Shown piece by piece: positions 8,132-16,189 of a stretch of DNA of 64,000 nucleotides; the stretch's first letter is position 1, and each line of letters starts with the position of its first letter. The stretch lies in IMG/VR virus record IMGVR_UViG_3300017992_000618; one strand, written 5' to 3'. The DNA comes from an uncultured virus (IMG/VR IMGVR_UViG_3300017992_000618) (Duplodnaviria > Heunggongvirae > Uroviricota > Caudoviricetes). The notes beneath the pieces are model-generated. The model made no database searches. It had not been told where the DNA came from and worked only from the letters and a program-made list of their open reading frames with translations. Position numbers and translations under genes: made by a program.

Positions 8132-9541
8132 ATGAGATCTGGTTATTATTCAGGAGCAAAGGATTGCGATGCGCCGGAGTATAAAGCATGGCGAGCTAAA
8201 GTATACAGACGAGATGGTTATACTTGTAGACTGTGTGGCGCGAAAGGAGTAACACTTAATGCGCATCATATAAAAAGATGGAAAGATAGACCTGATTTGA
8301 GACTTGAAGTCAGAAATGGTATCACATTATGTGTTGATTGCCATATCCGAGTAACTGGTGAGGAATCATTGTGGGAAAATGATTTCTATATGCTCACATG
8401 GCGTGATCGTGTTACAGATAAAATGATAAGGGATTATCCTCTTGCATTAGAGGAAAACATAAGGGAGAGAGATAGAATATTTAATCGTAAAGGAAAGGAG
8501 AATAAAGTTATGGGTAATAAAATTATACAATTAGAAACACAAACAAAACCAACGAGTGCTGACGCTATCGATGATACTATTAAAGCAGTTTCCAAAACAT
8601 TACCAGGAAATACAAATATTTATGAAACCGCGAATGATGCTGGAATTATTAATTTCGGCAAAAAGGTATTAAAGCAGTATGTTATGGTGCCTTTAAAAGA
8701 TATAAAATTTAATAAAGAATACCAGAGAGGCCTCAAGGAAAAACATATTAATAATCTATCTGAGGATATGAAAGTCAATGGTTTTTATGGTTCCAAAGTG
8801 GTTGAATTAAATGAATTAATGGAAGCCATTGACGGAGAACAGAGAGTAGAGGCAGCAAATCGGGTTGATGATATAACAGAGATTCCATGTGAGATAAGTA
8901 CATTTCCTAATAAAGAACTAGAGGCTGCTTATTATAGTTATACAAACTCTACCCAAAAAAGTTTAGAATCAAGAGATATTTTTAAAGGGCTAAAATGTTC
9001 TGGTAGTTTGTATTCTAAAATGATTTATGCATTACATGAAGATGAAGCCAGCCCTTTTTATGGTAGAATTAAAGGACTTATAGGCACCGATATTAAGACA
9101 GAGACTAAGTATAGTATAACTGTATCTAGAGCGTGTCAGATGATTAATACAATTATATTTAACTATAATATGAATTGGAGAAAATCTGATATTATTAAAT
9201 TAGAAAATTTTGCCAAACAACACACTATCCCTGAGGTGCTTAAAAAACTTGAGTTATTTGCTGCATTTCTTTATGGTGCATTTAAATCTAAGAATGAAAG
9301 CAATATATTCCATGATAAAGCCTTTAGAGCTTTGTGTTCTTTTTGGTATCACTTAAATAGATTAGGAAAGGTGAGAATACCTTCACAAGTAACAGCACTA
9401 ATTACTAAATTTGATGGTTATGAGGTACCAAAACATGCTCTCGGTTTAAAAAATCAAAAACACATTGTTTTACTTTTTGAAACAGAATACAATAGTGGTC
9501 GCCATAGTGAGGCTACTAAAATAAATATATATGGTATTTAA
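8132..9541 (+). CDS. HNH nuclease domain fused to a ParB/DGQHR-like domain protein
   Basis: N-terminal RRDGYTCRLCG...AHHIK...NGITLCVDCH; later YQRGL...AIDGEQRVEAA; internal RBS and in-frame ATG at 8510. Confidence 0.65.
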   Translation: MRSGYYSGAKDCDAPEYKAWRAKVYRRDGYTCRLCGAKGVTLNAHHIKRWKDRPDLRLEVRNGITLCVDCHIRVTGEESLWENDFYMLTWRDRVTDKMIRDYPLALEENIRERDRIFNRKGKENKVMGNKIIQLETQTKPTSADAIDDTIKAVSKTLPGNTNIYETANDAGIINFGKKVLKQYVMVPLKDIKFNKEYQRGLKEKHINNLSEDMKVNGFYGSKVVELNELMEAIDGEQRVEAANRVDDITEIPCEISTFPNKELEAAYYSYTNSTQKSLESRDIFKGLKCSGSLYSKMIYALHEDEASPFYGRIKGLIGTDIKTETKYSITVSRACQMINTIIFNYNMNWRKSDIIKLENFAKQHTIPEVLKKLELFAAFLYGAFKSKNESNIFHDKAFRALCSFWYHLNRLGKVRIPSQVTALITKFDGYEVPKHALGLKNQKHIVLLFETEYNSGRHSEATKINIYGI

Positions 9542-9560
9542 GGGAAGAGGGATTTAACTA

Positions 9561-10823
9561 ATGAAAGAACTAACTATTAATGATGAATTAAAAAATCTTA
9601 TACCACCGTTGTCTACGGATGAATATAATGATTTGAAAGACAGCGTTCTACGTGAAGGCATACGTGATCCTATTTATATATGGGGCGATGTTATAATTGA
9701 CGGTCATAATAGATATGGCTTAGCCAAGAAATATGATTTGGATTTTGATGTCAAGGAACTAGAGTTCGATGATATGGAAGAAGCCAAGATGTGGATGTTA
9801 TCAAATCAATTATCACGTAGAAATGTTACGCCTTTTATACGTGCAGAGCTAGCTCTAAAGTTGAAGAGATTTCATCAGGAGATGTTGAGAGACAAGAAGA
9901 GAGCAAGATCTATGTTCCCCGATTCTAATCAAACATTACCTGATATTAGTAAAGACACCAGAGAAGAGATAGCTAAGTCAGCTGGTGTTTCTCATGGTTA
10001 TATACACACTGTTTCTAGAATCAAGGAGAGTGGTAGAGTAGACAACACTATAATGGATAAGCTACGTACTGGTGAACTAACTGCTGGTAAAGTTCTAAAA
10101 GATATCAAGAGAGATGAGCGAAGAGAGAAGGCTGACCAAGAGATGGAGAGAGCAGCTCAGCACTATGTGGCTGATAATTCTCTTAGAATAGTTAATGCTG
10201 ATTTTTATTCATGGTGTAATGCAAATCTCGAAGACAATAGTATAGATTTAATTCTTACTGACCCACCTTACCCTAAAGATTACCTACATGTTTGGGATCA
10301 GTTAGGTGAGGTTGCGTCTAGAGTGTTAAAATTTGGTGGGTACTTAGCAACATATTCAGGACAACTCTATCTTGATTATGTTATGAAGATCTTGGGTAAA
10401 CACCTATCCTATATGTGGATGATGTCATTAAAACATACAGGCCCAACACAGCTTGTAGGTGCCCGTAATCTTGTTTGTGGATGGAAACCCATCTTAATAT
10501 ATAGGAACGCGCCAGCTGGCAAGATTGAAAGCGCGTCCGGCAGAGCTCTAGTTGATTTCATTGATGATGATTATCGTGAAAAAGACTTCCATGAATGGGG
10601 TCAAGGGGAGAGTGCTGTGGGTTATTTAATGAGAACACTATCCTATCCTAATGATTTAGTACTGGATCCTTTTGTAGGTGGTGGTACTACGTTGTCAGTA
10701 GCCAAAGCATTGAAGCGTAAATGTATAGGTATAGAGATAGAAGAAAAGTATATAAGTAAAATTAAAGCAAACTTAATGAAAGATGAACAAAAAACATATT
10801 TACACTTGACAACTGAGAAATAA
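9561..10823 (+). CDS. ParB-like domain fused to an N6/N4 DNA methyltransferase
   Basis: LIPPLS.DEY..LK.S...EG.RDPI...IIDGHNRY (ParB-N); DLILTDPPY and VLDPFVGGGTT (beta-class MTase). Confidence 0.88.
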   Translation: MKELTINDELKNLIPPLSTDEYNDLKDSVLREGIRDPIYIWGDVIIDGHNRYGLAKKYDLDFDVKELEFDDMEEAKMWMLSNQLSRRNVTPFIRAELALKLKRFHQEMLRDKKRARSMFPDSNQTLPDISKDTREEIAKSAGVSHGYIHTVSRIKESGRVDNTIMDKLRTGELTAGKVLKDIKRDERREKADQEMERAAQHYVADNSLRIVNADFYSWCNANLEDNSIDLILTDPPYPKDYLHVWDQLGEVASRVLKFGGYLATYSGQLYLDYVMKILGKHLSYMWMMSLKHTGPTQLVGARNLVCGWKPILIYRNAPAGKIESASGRALVDFIDDDYREKDFHEWGQGESAVGYLMRTLSYPNDLVLDPFVGGGTTLSVAKALKRKCIGIEIEEKYISKIKANLMKDEQKTYLHLTTEK

Positions 10824-10833
10824 TGCTTATATT
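10805..10833 (+). promoter_or_regulatory. Sigma70-like promoter CTTGACA-N16-TATATT
   Basis: cttgacaactgagaaataatgcttatatt upstream of the annealase gene. Confidence 0.75.
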
Positions 10834-10857
10834 ATGGGATAGGAAAGGAGAAATAAA

Positions 10858-11715
10858 ATGAATATAAAAGAATTATACGAACCGTTAGAACAAAAGTCAA
10901 GACGTGGTAGAGGTGGTAATTATAACTACGTATCTTGGCAAGATGTCGCGGACAGGATGAACAAAGTTTTCGATGGAAACTGGTCCAGTGAGGTCAAATC
11001 ACAGGAAATGGTAGGCAATAATGTAATAGTAAGAGTACGTGTCACAGCAACTGATCCAGAAACTCAGATGAGTTTTCATCAAGAGGGTTTTGGCGGTGCA
11101 GTTGATAGAGAAGCAGATGAGGCAGGTAATCCTTGGAAGTCTGCGTATTCTAAAGCTTTTAGAGATGCTTGTAAGAAATGGGGAATCGGTTTGTTTTTGG
11201 ATGATGAAGCTGGTATGCCTGGTCCGGCAGCAGTACCGCCGACACCATCGGCACCAAAGCCAGTGTTTACACCACTGGCTGCTGAAACACCAGCACCGAC
11301 TCCTCCACCAGCAACACCAGAAGTACCAGTGACTCCTGCCGTACCTGAGCCACAAGCAGTTGCAGAACCGGCAACACCACCGCCGAATGTACCAGAAGCA
11401 CCTGCTGTGCCTCCTACACCACCGGCGACACCAGCACCGGCAGCGCCGCCGTCAATGCCAGCGATGCCAGCTGATGATATGCCTATGAGTAGTGGTGTAT
11501 TGTCTAACGACGATAATGGTAAGATCACAGAAGTACAACAGATTGCTTTGGAAGGCATTTTGAATATGAGAGACCTTAACTATGAGGACTTAGCTAAGGA
11601 AGCGTTCGAAAATAAGGGTATGAAGTATGATACTATACCCAGGGCAGAAGATTTAACTTATGAAGAAGCAGTTGTAGTCGTTAAATTCGGGAATGATAAA
11701 TACAGGAAAAAATAA
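10858..11715 (+). CDS. Rad52/Sak-family single-strand annealing protein with a Pro/Ala-rich linker
   Basis: R.GRGG.Y.YV.W..V.DRMN.VF...WS; KSA.S.AF..AC.KWGIGL.L. Confidence 0.82.
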   Translation: MNIKELYEPLEQKSRRGRGGNYNYVSWQDVADRMNKVFDGNWSSEVKSQEMVGNNVIVRVRVTATDPETQMSFHQEGFGGAVDREADEAGNPWKSAYSKAFRDACKKWGIGLFLDDEAGMPGPAAVPPTPSAPKPVFTPLAAETPAPTPPPATPEVPVTPAVPEPQAVAEPATPPPNVPEAPAVPPTPPATPAPAAPPSMPAMPADDMPMSSGVLSNDDNGKITEVQQIALEGILNMRDLNYEDLAKEAFENKGMKYDTIPRAEDLTYEEAVVVVKFGNDKYRKK

Positions 11716-11727
11716 GAGGAGTTAAAT

Positions 11728-13692
11728 ATGTCCGAAGAATATAAAGTCATTAAAGAATTTTTGAATGAGATAGATTTTGAACTTTTAGTTCTAAAAATCC
11801 CCTCGAATGAGTTGGAGGATAAACTAGCCTACTTAGCAAGAGAGAAGGGAAATATTACTAGAAGTTTTTATGAGGACTTTCTGTTGGCAACATGTATTGC
11901 TAATGTTAACCAACTTTTACAACACGTTAAAAGTTTAATGGTGTCACCACCAGTGTTGGTTAAAATCAGAGAGGAAATCCGAGACTTTATTATTAAACAC
12001 AATGAGTTATTAAGACCAGAAAATTTATATGTAAATCGTAATGGGGTTCTTAAACTTGTAATTAGAGAAGAGGGACACGAACCTTACGAACTTAAATCAG
12101 GAGAGCGTCGTTTAATTGATAGTAAGAATTGGGATACTTCTTATTATGATGATTTAGCTGATGCCTATAGGAATACTCCTGAGGATGAAATTGGTGAAGA
12201 AAAAGAAGAACTTGATAGTAATATTAGGAGTATAGAAGATTTGGAATTTACTATTACACAACAATGGTGGAAGCGTCTTAGTCAGTATGTTGATGTTAAA
12301 AAATTTGATCCAAAAGATATTGCAAGTATCTTTAAAGAGAGATTTTTTCACAACAGATCTAGTTTTCAGACCTATATTGTAACCATTTGTGTAGTAGATT
12401 TTGAGGATCTGTTTTCGAGGTTGGATTCAATTGGTGTGTCGAGTAGAGTAGCACCACCAATTCTTATGCACGAACTATATCTTCTTTGCAATACTGTCAA
12501 TCCGTTTTTGACATATGAAAAGGCACAAGAATTAGCGCCCGAAGCTGAAGATGATGATGAGGCTCCAGACCAAGGAGCCGCTACTAATGTTGGTAAATTC
12601 TATAATAGGACAATGGCGGGACAATTGGCTAAGAAAAAGAAAAAACAAAAGTTATTTAAGGATGTCAATAAACGTGACTTACTTCAACTTGGTGATAACA
12701 TAAAGGTTTTTGTTATCGGTCAGGATGAAGCCGTAGATAATTTGACAGAAGCTATCCAAAGGGCTAGTGTTGGGCTGAAAGACCCACTCAAACCGATCGG
12801 ATCCTTTTTGTTTGCTGGTCGTACTGGTGTAGGGAAAACATTGGCTACTAAAGTTTTAGCAGATGAACTTATTAAAGACAGAGATAACTTGGTGACTATA
12901 GACTGTTCAGAATACAGTGCTGATCATGAGTACTCCAAATTAATTGGAGCACCTGCAGGATATGTAGGTCATGAGCAGGGTGGGTTGTTGACTAATGCTA
13001 TTCAGAAAAACCCTTTCAGCGTAGTTGTGTTCGATGAGGTAGAGAAAGCCAGTCATAAAGTACATGAGTTGTTGCTCCAGATTTTAGAAGAGGGTAGGCT
13101 GACAGATGGTAAAGGTAAGCCAGTGCCGTTTAAAGACACTGTGGTTATCATGACGTCTAACATCGGTGTAAAAGAAGTAGATGGTATCACTAATACTATT
13201 GGTTTCGGTGATGTGGCTGAAGTAACTGATGAAAAGAAAGACGTTGCTATCAATAAGGCGTTGAAGAAGAAGTTTAAACCTGAGTTCTTAAACAGGATCG
13301 ATGCTATCATTAATTTTAAAAACCTGTCAGAGCAGGATTATATGAAGATCATCGATATAGAACTCTATAAATTAAACCAGAACCTCAGAAATAATGATAC
13401 AGAGTATAAAGAACTAGAATTGAAGTTCGATAAAACTATAAAAGATCTGATTTTTGAGAATGGTATTGATGAGCAGTATGGAGCAAGACCTTTAAAGCGC
13501 TATATTGAGAAAGAAATATCTACACCACTAGCTAAAAAGATATTGGTTGAGGATATTACTGGCAAAAATATTATAATGGTGTCCTCTGAGAACGATGAGG
13601 TTATCTACAATGTAGCTCAACCTGTAGAAGAGCCACCATTCTATATGTCAGATGATGATTTACTTTCCATGTCGGCTGGAACAGGTGATTAA
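11728..13692 (+). CDS. Clp/Hsp100 AAA+ ATPase (single D2-type module) with an unrecognised duplicated N-terminal domain
   Basis: VIGQDEAV, FAGRTGVGKT, IDCSEY, KLIGAPAGYVG, VVVFDEVEKA, IGF loop, FKPEFLNRID, YGARPLKR. Confidence 0.9.
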   Translation: MSEEYKVIKEFLNEIDFELLVLKIPSNELEDKLAYLAREKGNITRSFYEDFLLATCIANVNQLLQHVKSLMVSPPVLVKIREEIRDFIIKHNELLRPENLYVNRNGVLKLVIREEGHEPYELKSGERRLIDSKNWDTSYYDDLADAYRNTPEDEIGEEKEELDSNIRSIEDLEFTITQQWWKRLSQYVDVKKFDPKDIASIFKERFFHNRSSFQTYIVTICVVDFEDLFSRLDSIGVSSRVAPPILMHELYLLCNTVNPFLTYEKAQELAPEAEDDDEAPDQGAATNVGKFYNRTMAGQLAKKKKKQKLFKDVNKRDLLQLGDNIKVFVIGQDEAVDNLTEAIQRASVGLKDPLKPIGSFLFAGRTGVGKTLATKVLADELIKDRDNLVTIDCSEYSADHEYSKLIGAPAGYVGHEQGGLLTNAIQKNPFSVVVFDEVEKASHKVHELLLQILEEGRLTDGKGKPVPFKDTVVIMTSNIGVKEVDGITNTIGFGDVAEVTDEKKDVAINKALKKKFKPEFLNRIDAIINFKNLSEQDYMKIIDIELYKLNQNLRNNDTEYKELELKFDKTIKDLIFENGIDEQYGARPLKRYIEKEISTPLAKKILVEDITGKNIIMVSSENDEVIYNVAQPVEEPPFYMSDDDLLSMSAGTGD

Positions 13693-13693
13693 T

Positions 13694-14179
13694 ATGGATA
13701 TGATAGAACTAGAAGTGGGAATAGAAACTATGTTGAGGGCACTTCATGTGTCCGCCAAGAAAGTTGTAGTATTAAAAGACGTTTCTGTTCAATTCTTAAT
13801 AGAAGACTTCGGTGTAATCGTCTGTGGTATTAACCGTGTCGATTACGCCGAGGTTAATGATAAAGTTAATACAGAATATCCTGGTTGGAGATTGGTTTAT
13901 ATAACTACTAATGATGATCTTGTAGAGGTACGTTATGAAGTTATATGGACTTTAATGCAGTCTGGATATATGAAATGGGTAAGACTTAACTATCCAAGAG
14001 AATTTAAAAATTTAGTAATTGAAAGTGGTTTCGGTAATAGAATTATAGATGAGAGACTAAAGAGATGGGGTGATTTACCCAAGCATTCATTCTTTATACA
14101 AGATAATATGTCTGCTAGAAATACTGCTACTAACTATGTACTTACTACTGAACCATCATTTTTTGATTACATGCCGTAG
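13694..14179 (+). CDS. Hypothetical protein
   Basis: ORF tightly packed after the Clp ATPase. Confidence 0.6.
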   Translation: MDMIELEVGIETMLRALHVSAKKVVVLKDVSVQFLIEDFGVIVCGINRVDYAEVNDKVNTEYPGWRLVYITTNDDLVEVRYEVIWTLMQSGYMKWVRLNYPREFKNLVIESGFGNRIIDERLKRWGDLPKHSFFIQDNMSARNTATNYVLTTEPSFFDYMP

Positions 14180-14191
14180 GAGGTGGATTAA

Positions 14192-14395
14192 ATGCCAAAA
14201 GAAGATGGTAGATTAAAGCCGGCAGAGCCAAAAGAGTTGGCTAACTTAAAAGGGAAGCATTTTAGATGCACTAAGTGTGGTGAAATGGGCATCTTTAGAG
14301 AAACAGAGTTCGCTGAAATAAAGAAATGTGGATCTTGTGGTGGGCCGATGGAAGAAATATTTAATGGTAAGGCAAGTACTGGCAGATTAGATTAA
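14192..14395 (+). CDS. Small zinc-ribbon protein
   Basis: CTKCG and CGSCG pairs; AGGAGG RBS. Confidence 0.65.
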   Translation: MPKEDGRLKPAEPKELANLKGKHFRCTKCGEMGIFRETEFAEIKKCGSCGGPMEEIFNGKASTGRLD

Positions 14396-14407
14396 GGAGG
14401 ATGTATT

Positions 14408-14839
14408 ATGTCAGATAAAAACGGAAATGGAAACGGTACAACAAAATATTTAAAGATCATAGGGTTATTTTTAGGCATAGTTTTAAGTGGTTTATCATTA
14501 TTGTGGGGGTTTGATATCATATATGCCACCGATGGTGATGTGAAGACTTTGAATAGTAAAGTAGATCATCAAGAGGTTTTGGTAGCGTCTAGTATGAAAC
14601 AGGTGATGGATTATATTGATACAAAAGACGCAGCTCAAAAAGCGGAGATAAATAATATTAAGAGATCTCACAAAGCTGATGAATTACGAAGACGTTATGC
14701 TTTTAATTTAGATTTAATGCTACAACTAGAAGCACTTATGGCAAAGAATCCCAATGATCAAAGTTTGAAGATGAAACATGAGCGTGTTAAAAACACAGTT
14801 ATGCAACTCGAACGAGAGCTTAAAGCACTCAATGAGTAG
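14408..14839 (+). CDS. Membrane-anchored coiled-coil protein
   Basis: One N-terminal TM segment followed by a heptad-rich region. Confidence 0.6.
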   Translation: MSDKNGNGNGTTKYLKIIGLFLGIVLSGLSLLWGFDIIYATDGDVKTLNSKVDHQEVLVASSMKQVMDYIDTKDAAQKAEINNIKRSHKADELRRRYAFNLDLMLQLEALMAKNPNDQSLKMKHERVKNTVMQLERELKALNE

Positions 14840-14852
14840 TTAGGAGATAATC

Positions 14853-15608
14853 ATGACTAAAGAAGAAGCGTCTGCTATAGAGGAGGTTGAGAAGATACAT
14901 GATACCTTACTTGACTCCTCTTACCCACTATTACAGCACTTTAGGGAAGTGTGCCCAGGTACTTATAAGCACGCCCAAGCTGTAATGGCTATGGTTGAAA
15001 CAATTAGTTTGGCTTTGGAATTAGATGTAGATAAGATGAAGGTCGCCGCGCTATATCATGACATAGGTAAGACCTTTAATCCTAAATTTTTTACGGAGAA
15101 CCAGTTAGAGGATGAAAATCCACATGATGTTTTGCACCCAGAAATTAGCTATCAATATATAACTAGACATGTATCTGATACAGCGCTGATATTATTGAAT
15201 GATCCTAATTTTCCACGTGAAATTATAGAGATAGCCACCCAACATCATGGGACTAACGTAGTAAAATATTTTTTTGCTAAATCAGGAAGTGATGACCAAG
15301 ATGCCTATAGGTATAAGAGTCAGGCACCTTCCTGTGTAGAATCTGCTGTCCTTATGATAGCCGATCATGTTGAGGCAACTAGTAGATCCATATCACAACA
15401 GAGTGATACTAAGCTGAATCCATTAGAGATTATAGAGAACACTATTAATGGACTGGTGGATGATGGACAATTAGATGCCGTCTATATGCGTTTAGGAGAC
15501 CTTAAAAAGATAAAGGTAGCTTTGTCTAAGGAATTGGAGGGCATATACCAGAAGCGTGTGGACTATGGGGAGGCTAAGAAGGAAGCAGGGAAAGAAGAAA
15601 AGGAATAA
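14853..15608 (+). CDS. Stand-alone HDIG phosphohydrolase resembling the catalytic domain of the PgpH cyclic-di-AMP phosphodiesterase
   Basis: PGTY.H, ALYHDIGK..NP.FF.ENQ, NPHD.L.P..S...I..HV.D, QHHGT..V.YFF.K, ESA.LM.AD.VEA.SRS. Confidence 0.82.
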   Translation: MTKEEASAIEEVEKIHDTLLDSSYPLLQHFREVCPGTYKHAQAVMAMVETISLALELDVDKMKVAALYHDIGKTFNPKFFTENQLEDENPHDVLHPEISYQYITRHVSDTALILLNDPNFPREIIEIATQHHGTNVVKYFFAKSGSDDQDAYRYKSQAPSCVESAVLMIADHVEATSRSISQQSDTKLNPLEIIENTINGLVDDGQLDAVYMRLGDLKKIKVALSKELEGIYQKRVDYGEAKKEAGKEEKE

Positions 15609-15611
15609 TTT

Positions 15612-16034
15612 GTGGAATTAATTATAGGTATACTTATACTATTACTATTAATAGCTGGTAAATCAATACATTGGCTGTATAAAAAGAATAAATTATCAGA
15701 ACAGAGATGTATAGAAATACAAGCACACCTTGATAGAATAGCTAGTCAGAAAAAGAGTTCTGAGGTTAGGTTAGGGAAGATTGGTGAGAACTTAGCACCA
15801 TTCGTTAAGGACTGGCCATACAACCCAAATAATTTTAGATTTTTAGGCAACCCATGTGATGGTGTATCATTTAATTTGAATACAGGGAAGATAGTTTTTA
15901 TAGAAATTAAGACAGGTAAATCAAAGTTAAGTAAAAGTCAGAAAAGAATAAGGGAATTAGTTAACAAAGGAGAGGTTTATTTCGCTACATTTAGGGTAGG
16001 GGAGGATGGTTGTGAGTTCAAAATAGACGAGTAA
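15612..16034 (+). CDS. Holliday-junction-resolvase-like endonuclease (Endonuc_Holl type) with an N-terminal TM segment
   Basis: SEVRLGKIGENLAPF...FRFLGNPCDGVSF...IVFIEIKTGKSKLS..Q. Confidence 0.8.
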   Translation: MELIIGILILLLLIAGKSIHWLYKKNKLSEQRCIEIQAHLDRIASQKKSSEVRLGKIGENLAPFVKDWPYNPNNFRFLGNPCDGVSFNLNTGKIVFIEIKTGKSKLSKSQKRIRELVNKGEVYFATFRVGEDGCEFKIDE

Positions 16035-16042
16035 TCTTTCAT

Positions 16043-16075
16043 AAAAAGTCAGGGGTTAAAAAGAGAGGCCGGTTC
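16043..16075 (+). repeat. Imperfect 33-bp direct repeat, copy 1 (copy 2 at 22961-22993)
   Basis: aaaaagtcaggggttaaaaagagaggccggttc vs aaaaagtcgggggtttaaaacggaagccggttc: 28/33 identical. Confidence 0.7.
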
Positions 16076-16097
16076 CGTAAGGAGTCGGTCTTTTTTT
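16067..16097 (+). terminator. Rho-independent terminator
   Basis: GGCCGGTTCC-GTAA-GGAGTCGGTC followed by a T run. Confidence 0.8.
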
Positions 16098-16189
16098 ATA
16101 AAAAAATTAAATAAACTAACCTCTTAGTAAATGAGGGGTAGCCGACGACCTCTTAGTTGCAACTAATTTATGGAAGGAGTAAGAGACTA

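Noticed and set aside
11210..11490. Repetitive GC-rich ccacca/gcaccg tract
   Set aside because: Explained by the Pro/Ala-rich linker of the annealase; not a DNA-level repeat element
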